The position numbers were made by a program, and so were the translations under genes. From the NCBI GenBank assembly GCA_000004985.1, contig GG738878.1: a stretch of DNA of 64,000 nt; one strand, written 5' to 3'. The stretch is from Naegleria gruberi. Lineage: Eukaryota. The notes under the pieces are model-generated. The model made no database searches, was not told where the DNA came from, and was given only the letters and a program-made list of their open reading frames with translations. Shown in pieces: positions 19,824-30,441 of this stretch; position 1 is the first letter of the stretch, and each line of letters starts with the position of its first letter.

Positions 19824-21779
19824 ATGGAACAATCAAATTTTGATGCAGGTGGAGGAAGTGAATTAATTTCCATCCAAGAATTAATCAAGAAAATTCAAAG
19901 CCTTCATTCTCACTTTAATGATGATCATGAATTGCATCATCCATTCCGAAGTATTTATTTGTATGGATCGTCGGTTTATGAAAATAAGGCTTGCAAATTG
20001 GTTCATAATATTAGAGATGATGATGATGATAGTGAAGGCTATTTAATGATTAGGGAGGGAGTTGTGGTTGGTGATTTGGATATCTTGTTGGTGAGGGATG
20101 GATTTCATCATTCTGGATTGAAAGATTTGATTCATGAGGAGGATAGGGATGAAAAGGATGTTTTCTTTGAGCAGGATATTACGTTGCATTTCAAGTTGAA
20201 AGGATCTAAGGGAAATTGGTATGATATTGAGACGCATATTATGTCAACGAGTATATTTATGGAGACAATTAGACAACATAAGGGAATTACATGTCAATAT
20301 GTGTTTATGGATAGGAATGAGTTTGTGATTTATGAGGATGAATTGATGGGATGGTTTAGATGTTTTTGGTTTAGGAATTTTCATTTTCACAGGAGATTGT
20401 TTAGGAGAATGATTGTGAGAGAGGCTGATGTGTGGTGCTACTCGAAAGCAAGAAGATTAATAACCATTGAGAAAGATTATGAAAAGGGAAAGAAGAACCT
20501 CATTCACGGTATTAGATATTTTAGATTGAGTAATCAAATTTTGGAAAATTTAACAATTAATGATTACACAGTTACCAATGATTTGAAGAAACAAGTACTT
20601 TCTCAAAATTCAACAGATTGGAAATATTGGGAAGAAATGTTTGAGCCAATGTATTTATCGGAAAGAGATGAGTTCAATAAGAAAGTAGACTTACATATTC
20701 AGGGTGGCCTCAAAGTTGCATCAGAGTATTCTGAGAAGGTGGGTGTATCGACACTTTGTAATATAATTGAAGATCATGGATTACAATATCTTTCTTTGAA
20801 TTTTAGCACTGACATTATTCCACTTGCTATTTTCGATCAAAATGGTGAAGAATTGGATCTTGTAAAATATCTTACATGTGAAAGTTTAATTAGAGTGTTG
20901 CTAATGGGTGTAAAGTTGAACTCTGAAGATTACAGACATCATATATTGAAACAATTATCAAATCTAGAATCTGACATACGAGGATACTCTATTCTCTTCA
21001 AAATAACTCAACTGGAAGAGATGGAAAGAATTGATGAAACAATCCCTAGAAAACCATTGAGAGAAACTAATGGTATCGTGATGTCTGCTACAGTGACTGA
21101 TTCGTTAGAAATTACTTACAAACCAGTGGCTGTTCCTTTACCAAAAGTTTATGATGAATTCAGGTGGTTGAATACTAGCACCAAAAACAAGACTCAATCG
21201 AGTCAACTATCTTTATTAGAAGTGGATGAGATAACATCAATATCAAAAAATTATAGAGGTGATACCTACATTCTTTATAATTACTGTGGAAAATGGAGAT
21301 GGTCTCACCCAAATGAAGATCTTCAATACTTTACAAAACTATCCAATGTAAGACATAGTTCAGGTAATGAAAAGGAGCAGTTTTGCAGCTTGTTATCTCC
21401 TGGAGCTAATTTTGAAGAACTGAATGCCAGACTTGATAACCATACAAATAAGAATTTCATATTTGTCAAACCAATATCAGAAAATTATTTATCATTAATT
21501 GCTGTTCGAGACCTTACAAACAATACTATTTTAGATTTGGAACCATTCTCAAATTTACTATTTGATTGCAAATACATTCAAAAAGAAAATATTGGAATGT
21601 TAAAGAAAAAGGCCTTGGAAATGAGTTCAGATTTGCTTTACAAACTTCCTTACAAATGCTCATCTCAACATGAGAAGGATATTGTCACATTATTGAAATA
21701 CCTTTACTATCTTTCTAATTCGTTGGGTTTTTGCTATGATGGATTTAATATTAATCTAAAGTTAAAATCTGGTAGGTGA
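19824..21779 (+). CDS. Hypothetical 651-aa protein; possible nucleotidyltransferase-like N-terminal region
   Basis: Long ORF with a real ATG at 19824. N-terminal ..IYLYGSSVYENK..(acidic insert DDDDDSE)..VVVGDLDILLV is reminiscent of a pol-beta-type GS...DxD nucleotidyltransferase, but the spacing is atypical. The rest has no recognisable motif. It may continue into the 21787..22323 ORF through a short intron. Confidence 0.5.
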   Translation: MEQSNFDAGGGSELISIQELIKKIQSLHSHFNDDHELHHPFRSIYLYGSSVYENKACKLVHNIRDDDDDSEGYLMIREGVVVGDLDILLVRDGFHHSGLKDLIHEEDRDEKDVFFEQDITLHFKLKGSKGNWYDIETHIMSTSIFMETIRQHKGITCQYVFMDRNEFVIYEDELMGWFRCFWFRNFHFHRRLFRRMIVREADVWCYSKARRLITIEKDYEKGKKNLIHGIRYFRLSNQILENLTINDYTVTNDLKKQVLSQNSTDWKYWEEMFEPMYLSERDEFNKKVDLHIQGGLKVASEYSEKVGVSTLCNIIEDHGLQYLSLNFSTDIIPLAIFDQNGEELDLVKYLTCESLIRVLLMGVKLNSEDYRHHILKQLSNLESDIRGYSILFKITQLEEMERIDETIPRKPLRETNGIVMSATVTDSLEITYKPVAVPLPKVYDEFRWLNTSTKNKTQSSQLSLLEVDEITSISKNYRGDTYILYNYCGKWRWSHPNEDLQYFTKLSNVRHSSGNEKEQFCSLLSPGANFEELNARLDNHTNKNFIFVKPISENYLSLIAVRDLTNNTILDLEPFSNLLFDCKYIQKENIGMLKKKALEMSSDLLYKLPYKCSSQHEKDIVTLLKYLYYLSNSLGFCYDGFNINLKLKSGR

Positions 21780-21786
21780 ATATTCA

Positions 21787-22323
21787 GTGAAATGCCAATC
21801 TCAATTTTATTTTAATATCAGCCAATTAACTGTATGGCATACCTCCATTAATATTGACGATGTTACTGAGGACGGAAAATTCAACAAATTTCATGGCAAC
21901 ATTCTTAGCCAGAGTAATGAACTTCTATTGATTGAAATGGCTCTGGTGTGGTTGGAATATTCTTGGGATGAACAAGTTTTTGAAATTGAAAGAAAAAGCA
22001 ACCCAAAGACGGTTCCATTTTCGGATATCTATTTTACTATCAAACAGGATTGGAAATGTATTTGCAAACTTTACGATGATTTTTGTGAATCTTTAAAAGA
22101 ACAGATAAGTTCAAGTTCAATAGATTCCAAAGATGTCACCAAGTTCATTGCTCAAAATTGCACTGAATTTGCTCTAGAAAATAAGACAATTATTTATAAG
22201 GTAGCGGAGGCAAACTTTGAAATAAGAGCTATTGAAGTGTTCAATAGTCCCAAGAGATCTATTGATGCAAATAGTCTTGTTAAAATATGGAAAGATTACA
22301 AGAAGAAGTATCCTTCAAATTAG
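21787..22323 (+). CDS. Hypothetical ORF (178 aa); possibly the 3' exon of the preceding gene rather than an independent gene
   Basis: Starts 8 nt after the stop of the 19824..21779 ORF, in a different frame. A 46-nt GTGAAT...ATATCAG intron (21776..21821) would fuse the two in frame (..KLKSG-S-QLTVWHTS..). No domain recognised. Confidence 0.3.
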   Translation: MKCQSQFYFNISQLTVWHTSINIDDVTEDGKFNKFHGNILSQSNELLLIEMALVWLEYSWDEQVFEIERKSNPKTVPFSDIYFTIKQDWKCICKLYDDFCESLKEQISSSSIDSKDVTKFIAQNCTEFALENKTIIYKVAEANFEIRAIEVFNSPKRSIDANSLVKIWKDYKKKYPSN

Positions 22324-22359
22324 GAATAATAACATATGTGATATTTTGGAATTAGAGAT

Positions 22360-25022
22360 TTATTTTTCAGTTAGTGCTAAAGCATAATCCTCACTACAAT
22401 TCTTTTCAGCCATACTCTTCAAGTATTGAGCTCTTCTCTTCAACTCGGCAATATATTTAATGGAGGAATAATCAATAGCGAGTTCTTCTGGTTTGTAAGT
22501 TTCTTTCCATTGTGCATTGAGTCTGTAAATTTCCTCAATTTCTTCAACGGCAGTGTCATACTTTTTATCAAAGAGAGCATCTCTTATTCTCAATAACCTA
22601 TCACTCACCACCTTCTGTGAGGATGTAATATCTTCAATTTCACCGTCGACAGTGTAAACTTCAGTTGGTTTGGATTTACCTTTTAGTCTGACTGAATCGA
22701 CATACATGCAAATAAACTTATTCTTCACAATCTCATAAGTATTGTTGCCGATAAGAATTGGTGTATCATATCTCTTGTTTAACATTTCTAATCTACCAGC
22801 AGTGTTAACAGTGTCACCAATAGCTGTGAAACTGAATCTATCCTTTGATCCAATATTTCCCATCATACAATTACCAGTATTGACACCAACTCTAATCTTG
22901 ACAATTGGAAGATTTTCCTTAATACATTTCGATTTCAATTGGTCAATCTTGTACAAACAAAGAACTGCAGCCCTTGTTCCCTTATAGGCATGGTCTTGTA
23001 CAACTCTTAATGGATTTGAAAACAGACTCATGGTACCATCCCCAATGAATTTATCAATAATACCATCATGTGCCTCAACTGTCTCAGTAATAATATTGAA
23101 ATACTCTGTCAGAATTTTAAGCAAAACAGACAAGCTTGAAGATTCTGAAAACGAAGTAAAATCTGCAATATCAGTAAACATAACAGTTGAATTCGCATTG
23201 GCCATTCCCAACTTGGAAGCATTACCTGTTCTTACAATATCCCTGACAATATCTTTTGGAATATATTTCATAAAACTGTGCAAACCATTCTTCACTGTCT
23301 TGATTGAGGTCTGTAATAGATCGAGTTCATACATGGTCTTAAGGACCTTGGATGGCTTCACTGTATCAACTTCAAGTTTAGAAATCTTGTACATATCTCT
23401 GGAAACTTTCCATATTGATCTTGTAATGAATTGAGTAACAACTATCATTAATAAGGTACCCAGAATAATAAGTATAATAGATACTGATAATAGAGCGGGT
23501 GAACTTGTGAAAATGGTCTTGACGAACCCATAGTCCTCTGTAACAATCACCACAATCCAATCAAGCCCATTATCGGTAATTTGGTGGATAGTAATCTTGC
23601 TGTTACCCACCATGAACATTGAAAAATCTGCATTTGGGTCTAAGCTTTCCTTAATTGTGCTCGTTGGGATAGTAGTAGCAGTTCCCCACATGGACTTTGG
23701 AAGATGGTACAGTATCTTTCGATCTTCCAGCACTGTACAAACCTCTGAGAATACTTCAGTTGTGTTCGAGATGTGATTTCTCACATTGGACGGGTCTTTT
23801 GTTTGCGCATTGAATGAAGAAGATATAATCAAGCCGTGTCTCTCAACAATCAAAACCTTAATAGATATTGTTTGCATATCCTTATTGGCCTCAATAACAT
23901 TAACAAGCGAACTATCAATATTGTACAAATCAAAGTGAGCACCAACAATTTGAGTAACATTTCTTGTCTCGACAGTTCCATTAGGATAGACATAATCCTG
24001 AGTATTAATAAAATCCAACGTTGTGGAAGCTCCCAGTGATGTAGCTCCAATGAATGCGTTGAAAAACACAGGTGACCACATGTAATCTGGATATGTCTTA
24101 GAAAGACCTGCCTTAAACCATGGTCTAATGGTTGGATCGTAGTTTTTGCTGGCCTGCTTTAACATGATTGGTTCATAAAAATCATCTCTCGAATAAATAC
24201 CAACAGTAGCATTATCATCTCTGATTTGAATGGTATCTCGCGTTACACTCTTTTCAATGGCACAATAATTCTTAATACTGTTGCCGTAGTAAAAGATTGA
24301 TGAACTAGGGAAGCTACTCTTGGAAGGTCCAAAGACAGATCTTATCCTCCTGCAAGTGTCATCATAACTATTGGTCAATTTGAAATTTAGTTTGTGGTCC
24401 TGGATCAATATGCCATTTCTCATCGTTTCCAGGATTGTTGGTGCTACATTGATAAAATCCTTGATTTTAGTCACGATATTCTTCTCTCTGATTGTTGTTA
24501 TATTATTAACGGATTGTTCTCCGCTTGAGTAGAACAATAATATTAAGGAACCTATGATGAATAATTATTAACATATATATTATTAAAAACTGTTAACTTA
24601 CCAATGCAAATAGCTGTTTGAAGGAGAAAGACAACGAGAAGAATATTTTGGAGAGTGTGTGGGGCTGGACAACATTCTTTGAAAAACCTTTTCATCTTGC
24701 CTTTCTTTCCCTCAGAGTACCCAAATAAATCATCAAATGTTGAACTTATCGTTGAAATTCCATCTGATTGAAGGCTTAGTGAGGCATGGGATGAAGAATT
24801 TTCTGTATTGGATTGGAAATAGTTTGTTGGTGGGTGTTCATTTGGTTCGCTTGCTGTTGTTGAGGTAATATAGGTATTCGATCTAGAGTTAAAATCACTT
24901 GAAAAGTCTAAACTCCCAGATGATGGATAAATCTTATTATCAAAATAATAAGATGCAGAATTAGATCTGTGTGATCTTGTTTTTGATATCTGCTGATGAA
25001 GAGGTGTTACTTGGGTAACCAT
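22360..25022 (-). CDS. Receptor-type class III adenylyl/guanylyl cyclase with an extracellular Cache-like sensor, two exons 25022..24602 and 24551..22360
   Basis: Exon 1 is a low-complexity cytoplasmic N-terminus followed by ..ILLVVFLLQTAICIG|GTAAGT. A 50-nt intron ends CATCATAG. Exon 2 begins SLILLFYSS.., so a TM helix spans the junction. The ectodomain of about 330 aa contains YDPTIRPWFKAGL, the R-P-W-[FY] signature of Cache domains. A second TM follows (LLSVSIILIILGTLLMIVVTQFI). Cyclase catalytic core: VMFTDIADFTSFSE...IDKFIGDGTMSLFS...IRVGVNTGNCMMGNIGSKDRFSFTAIGDTVNTAGRLE. Confidence 0.8.
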
Positions 25023-25859
25023 TATACAATTATACAGAGAGAGTGAAAATGTACGAGGAGGGTTGTTGGATTGAGTAAGGGTCTGTTTAGTTGTTGTGAA
25101 TTTTTGTTTTGCTGTTGTTGTGTAGAAGAGGCCGAAGAACAGCTGTGCTGTGGGCTCTATTGTTCAGTGCCTGCTTTGATTATCGATATGGGTTGTGCCA
25201 AACGAAGGAGGAGTTCTCCTAAAAAGATATGGAAGGACAATTAAGGTCGTTGAAGTTATTGGTGTTGGTATGGGAAATTAAGATTCCCAACAGGAGAGTG
25301 GAGGAAGCTGTTTGTGAAATGGATCCTTGTAATTTTTAGCGCTATCATGTAATGTAAACTTCTGTTAAAAATCGTTGAGTGTTGGTTGAGGGAACTCTTT
25401 CAAAATAAGAGCTTGCATTTACAAATAGGATAGGAGAATCTCTCATGCTACGCTTATTATTACAGCCATTTAAGGATGGCCAACCTACTTGATTTGAATT
25501 GGGCCTTAATAAGACGACCACTAGGTTACTAAATTATTATTTTCTAACTGCTGTGGAGTGGGTGAATGTTAAATATAGTGGTAATTTTTACCACCTTGTT
25601 TGGATGAGATCTGTGCAAGAATCTATTGAATATTAATGGGTAGGTCATGGACAGGTTGGTTGCACTGCTATAAGTGTCAATTGTAATTGAAATATGTTTT
25701 ACAATTCTATTCATATAGTAATTGTTTGAGCCAATTATATGTTCAAGTAAGCTTCAGTATCTTGTAACAAGTTGAATAATCGTAAATGTTGTTGATCACT
25801 TCTCAAATAGTCCATTTCATTTATTCCACACTTATCTATTGTATGAGAATCACTGTCAC

Positions 25860-28610
25860 TTAATCATCAATGCAAATAATCTCTGGTGCATCCGTTTTTG
25901 ACTTTTTGTTTGGTGGTTCAATTGAAGATGAGGGAGCAACTTCTAGTTGAAGTGTCGAATTATTATCTGTTGACTCTTCAGGTGGGGTTCTTCTCTTTTT
26001 CAATAAAGATTCCAGTTTAGTTTTAGCTGCATTGTTAAGTTCGGTTGCCTGTTTCACAAGTCTCTCAGAGATCACAAGTTTTGTTAAAATAATTGATTTC
26101 TGAACTCTTTGTTTCTGTATTTCCCTAATTGGAGCAACCATCGATTCAATGTGTGAAAGTTCCTTAACTAGGCCAGTGATTGAACAAGTTCTCTCTGTTT
26201 CTGACCATAAAAATTGTTTTAGAATCTTACAGTCACTACAAATACATGAAATACTAGATTTCACAGAAAAATTTGGTAGGGGAATAATGAACTTCTTTGT
26301 TCTAATTCCATCATCAATTAAATCAATGCTCCAGTTCAGTAGGATATCTAACTGGTCAGATTTAGGCATAATATTCGAAACAACCTCAATGAGTGGAGCG
26401 ACTAGGGTGCTATAATTCTCTTCTGATGCAACACTAAGAACAACGCGGCATGCTCTAGTAATAAAATCATTCCATGAATGGTTATGGAGCATTCGAATGA
26501 AGGAAGTTGCGAATTTCAAATCAAGGAAACAATCTCGATGGTCATATAACATCCATTCTATCAATAATTCACTCAGAGGTTTACAACTCATTGTTGATAA
26601 CACCATATTCAAACAATTTTCACTTGTCAACCATTTAGAGAATGAAAAACGTAGATTTTTCAATTTTTCAACCCCAATTTGATTTGCAATTTTGATTATC
26701 AATGGAAGGTCCAGCTCTTTGTTTTCATAAGAACCTCTTCCTCTTTGATTTGGAATAGAGTTTTTAGCCAATTCTTTTACAATCAATTTCTCATAGATTG
26801 AGGTGTCCTTCAATAAGTCTATCAACTTTGTAATACTTTCCTTATAACTGGCATACTTATAATAATCTTCCACAATATTTTCTACTACTGTTGAATGCAT
26901 TGAATATGTACATTTTTGTGCAAGTATTATTAATTTTTCAAAGCAGCTGCTATCGTATAAATGGTCATACTTATTGACAGAATACTTTGGCATTGTCATT
27001 TGTATCAACGGCACGTCATTGATTTCAATTAGAGAGCCAATAAATTCCTTCATATATCGTTTTTTACATAAATTTTCGCTAATAGTTTCTCTAAACGGTT
27101 CAATTGTAAAATGAGAAATAAGAGAAGATAAACTTTTTTGGTCTATTCCGATAACCAGTTTTGCCAATTCGACATCATTGAGCTGAATAATAGATTGAAT
27201 TACAACTTTTTCTTCATCACCCCATAAGTAGATGTTTTTCTTGGCCAGCATCTGCTTTACAAATGCAATAGAATTCTCTCTAGAGTTTGACTCTATGAAT
27301 GAAGGTAATATTTTGCTACAAAATGAAAATCCAAACTTGAGGCAAATTCTTTGTTGGCACTTCTTTGGATAAATCATTAGACATGCATTTCTGTATTGCT
27401 TTTCTTTTGTTGACCCCTCATTTCCAGTATTTTCGTTAATGGACTTGTGGAATAGTTTCATGGAAGACAGAGCAGACTTGCAAACAACACTTCTGAAAGG
27501 AACGTCTATTTTACGTTGTTGGGATCCAAAAATATACTCGAGTGATACTTCTGGATCGTCAAAACCTTCCACCTTCCTCTCCATAATTCCTAAATCTAAA
27601 ACAAGGTCTTGATATTCCTCAGCATACCTTTCCAGAATATCGTAAATATTGTAATCAGAACCTTTAAGATTTTCAGGATCCAAACTCTTTTGAGAATATT
27701 GGTGCTGAAATACATACATTCTGTAGAGAGTGTCAACATCTTTTGCATCAGCATTCCACTCAGAAACTATTTGTTGAAGTCTTTTGGCTAATTCTTCATA
27801 ACCTTTAAGTGTTGGCTTACTTTCTTTGTTACCTGAAAAACAAAGGTTATATATCAAACAAACTCTGTAACCAGAATTTACATTCTTAATCATGTGCTCA
27901 CAATCTGCATAAAAAGAAATAAAGTGAGGAGTATATCTAGAAACAGATGCAAAATCATATTCTTCCTCTTCCTCTCCGTGTCTAACTATTATTTCACCTC
28001 CACTATATTCCGAAGGAAGTTGAACAACTAGTGTTCCAAACATTCGTTCTTCCTTTTCCGAATCTTTGTGAAATTGAAAGTGACCTCCCTCTTCATATAC
28101 TAATAGCTTGTATAAATTAGCTGAGAGTCTGAGATGTTTACTAATTCCCAAGCCATCCCTAATTTCATTATCCACTAAACCGTCAATCAAATCATCCCAA
28201 GTTGGATTTGTAATTTCAAATCTTGATGGATCTAATTGCCATGTTTTTCTAACATTTTCATCGTAAATTGTATCCTCTCCTCTTCCATATGGTGCCTTAC
28301 TGCAAAATTGAATTAGCTCTGAAGCACTCCCATTCGACAATGGAAATCCAATTGTTTTAAATTGTTCATTATCCAACTTGAGTTGCAAACCTGGTAAACC
28401 AAAATCGCTGTCCAATGCACCACACTGCGTAAATTTACTTCCTCCCTTGTTTTGAGCATCCAAAATAAATTCTTGTAAATTGTCTGATGTTTTAATGGTA
28501 TCAGCATGAAGTTGAACACAATCATCATAAAAATCGGAACCGTAAGCTTCACAATAGTCACTGTCTGTTTCCGATGATTCTGATGAGGAAGAAACTCTCC
28601 TTCTGGTCAT
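25860..28610 (-). CDS. 2-oxoglutarate/Fe(II)-dependent dioxygenase domain protein (P4H/PKHD-like DSBH core) with an unrelated C-terminal region of about 650 aa
   Basis: Residues about 150-270: LYKLLVYEEGGHFQFHKD (Y..GG...HxD), then ERMFGTLVVQL...GGEIIV, then ..CEHMIKNVNSGYRVCLIYN (second His, then Arg at +10). This is the canonical HxD...H...R facial triad and 2OG-binding pattern. The C-terminal 650 aa are helical and unassigned. Real ATG at 28610. Confidence 0.6.
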   Translation of the reverse strand: MTRRRVSSSSESSETDSDYCEAYGSDFYDDCVQLHADTIKTSDNLQEFILDAQNKGGSKFTQCGALDSDFGLPGLQLKLDNEQFKTIGFPLSNGSASELIQFCSKAPYGRGEDTIYDENVRKTWQLDPSRFEITNPTWDDLIDGLVDNEIRDGLGISKHLRLSANLYKLLVYEEGGHFQFHKDSEKEERMFGTLVVQLPSEYSGGEIIVRHGEEEEEYDFASVSRYTPHFISFYADCEHMIKNVNSGYRVCLIYNLCFSGNKESKPTLKGYEELAKRLQQIVSEWNADAKDVDTLYRMYVFQHQYSQKSLDPENLKGSDYNIYDILERYAEEYQDLVLDLGIMERKVEGFDDPEVSLEYIFGSQQRKIDVPFRSVVCKSALSSMKLFHKSINENTGNEGSTKEKQYRNACLMIYPKKCQQRICLKFGFSFCSKILPSFIESNSRENSIAFVKQMLAKKNIYLWGDEEKVVIQSIIQLNDVELAKLVIGIDQKSLSSLISHFTIEPFRETISENLCKKRYMKEFIGSLIEINDVPLIQMTMPKYSVNKYDHLYDSSCFEKLIILAQKCTYSMHSTVVENIVEDYYKYASYKESITKLIDLLKDTSIYEKLIVKELAKNSIPNQRGRGSYENKELDLPLIIKIANQIGVEKLKNLRFSFSKWLTSENCLNMVLSTMSCKPLSELLIEWMLYDHRDCFLDLKFATSFIRMLHNHSWNDFITRACRVVLSVASEENYSTLVAPLIEVVSNIMPKSDQLDILLNWSIDLIDDGIRTKKFIIPLPNFSVKSSISCICSDCKILKQFLWSETERTCSITGLVKELSHIESMVAPIREIQKQRVQKSIILTKLVISERLVKQATELNNAAKTKLESLLKKRRTPPEESTDNNSTLQLEVAPSSSIEPPNKKSKTDAPEIICIDD

Positions 28611-28657
28611 TTGTGAAATTTTTTAGTTTCAAATTAATAAAAAATTGGCGGTAATAT

Positions 28658-29767
28658 TCACAACACGTTTAAATGTAGTTCTACCTTTGCTGTGATATAA
28701 TCCCAATAATCAATCTCCAAATGATTGAGACCCTCTATTTCGACTTTGTAATTTAAATCTTTTTGTAAATTAATTTGAGTTTTTACAGTGTCATCCAATT
28801 CAAGTTGGGTGTTGTTTAGAGAGTTTATCTTTTTCAAATCCAATTCTTCCAGAGGCATCCAACAATCCTTCCACTTTGAAATCAATTGAGGAGCATTGTC
28901 AAAATCATTCAAATGAACTCCAATCCATGACATTCTGGAACAAGTTTGAAGCACCCAATAATGCCAATCTTCGGTGGAGTCTACACAACTATGGATGGTC
29001 AGATTCTCCTTCTCATTTTCAAATGATAACGAACCATTCATGTAAACATTGGCAATTTCAGCTCCATAAGGATCACCATCTGTGAGTGTGAAAATATTCA
29101 AACTTCTCCTTTGATATTTTGCTACTTGCTTTGTTAGTGTTACAATAAAATCTCTTGTTGGAACATCAGGATATCCCTTAGATGTGATTATTAATGATGT
29201 ATCTTTGAGACTGCTTGCTTGACTTTTCAACACTTGAAAAACTGACTCTTTTTCAACAATGATCACCTTATCTACTTCAACAGGGATAGAGAACTCTACA
29301 ATTTGTAAATGAGGAATCGAAGGAAGATTACACCCTTTAGAAGCACTGACTATAGTTGTTGTTGGTTGTTGTCCTCTATTTTCAATATCAATCAATGAGA
29401 TTTCCTTCCAAGCAATTGGTCCACAAACTTCTCCCTTCGATTGAGGAACAATATGAAGATCATGCCTATTAACTCGCCAACTTGATGATAAATCCTTCAA
29501 TATGGAATCTAGTTGTGTCTGATCTTTTAGAATAGGCTTGTTACAATAATACAAATCTCTCTTGGTTGAAAATTTGTTTAAAGTACACAACTGATACACT
29601 AAATTCATCACCTGAAACTTGGAAATAAATGTTGATGGATATTTGGTCAGATCTTTCAGCAAGAAGCCTTTTTCATTCGGAATATCAGATGATGGTGATG
29701 AAACTAATTCCCTCACAAAGGCTAAAACTTTCTCCTCAATTCTTTCTCTCACTTGAATTGTTTCCAT
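28658..29767 (-). CDS. SPO11: SPO11 / topoisomerase VI subunit A homologue (meiotic double-strand-break transesterase)
   Basis: Winged-helix 5Y-CAP region with catalytic Tyr in FSTKRDLYYCNKP. Toprim domain with the conserved Glu in VIIVEKESVFQVL. ..LIITSKGYPDVPTRDFI.. and the DxD metal motif in IFTLTDGDPYGAEIANVY. All are in the order and spacing expected for Spo11/Top6A. 369 aa. Confidence 0.85.
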   Translation of the reverse strand: METIQVRERIEEKVLAFVRELVSSPSSDIPNEKGFLLKDLTKYPSTFISKFQVMNLVYQLCTLNKFSTKRDLYYCNKPILKDQTQLDSILKDLSSSWRVNRHDLHIVPQSKGEVCGPIAWKEISLIDIENRGQQPTTTIVSASKGCNLPSIPHLQIVEFSIPVEVDKVIIVEKESVFQVLKSQASSLKDTSLIITSKGYPDVPTRDFIVTLTKQVAKYQRRSLNIFTLTDGDPYGAEIANVYMNGSLSFENEKENLTIHSCVDSTEDWHYWVLQTCSRMSWIGVHLNDFDNAPQLISKWKDCWMPLEELDLKKINSLNNTQLELDDTVKTQINLQKDLNYKVEIEGLNHLEIDYWDYITAKVELHLNVL

Positions 29768-29820
29768 TTTTTAAATTAGAAATTAATTTATTATTATAAT
29801 TATATTAATATTTAGGAGGA

Positions 29821-30441
29821 TTATTGGGTTGGTTTTGACTTAGCAGCAAGAAGTTTTACTCTTCTGTTATATTCTTCACGATTAGTGACATAGAGATGGA
29901 AAGGTTCAGCTTGAGCAGGATCCTTTTCGTTAGGATTATCCAACAATTCTTGAATACCTAAAAGTAATTGTTTGACAGTGAGAGAAGGCTTCCAATCCTT
30001 ATCTTCATTCAAAATACTCAAACAAACAGTACCACTTGGGAAAATGTTTGGATGGAAAAGTGGTGGTACAAATTTACACTTTGGAGGCTTGTCTGGATAT
30101 TCATCAGGGAATTCAATATCTAATCTATATTCACCTCCTTCCCATATTGTACCTGGTTTACCTGGGATACCACAATTCCATACCATTACATTAGTTGTTC
30201 CGTCTTCTTGTTGTTGAGGTCTGGCCCAGAAACCCTGTTATTGTTGTTGTTGTTAATTTTCATCACACAATTTTGTCAATTATTGTCATCATTAAAATCA
30301 ATTTAATTATTTGGTGATCGGAAGAAAATATTCTTTATATATCGATATTAAATTACACCTCAAAACAATACATACATAAGGGTGGTCCTTTCTCCAGTTC
30401 TTTCTCTCTTCCATAACTCTCTTTCTAGCGATGGAGGACAT
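29821..30441 (-). CDS. UBC9: UBC9 SUMO-conjugating E2 enzyme, two exons 30441..30376 and 30234..29821
   Basis: Exon 1 [22 protein letters not shown]|GTATGT. A 141-nt intron follows. Exon 2 [112 protein letters not shown].. is collinear with UBC9 (RKAWRKDHPFGF...[47 protein letters not shown]). Confidence 0.9.
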
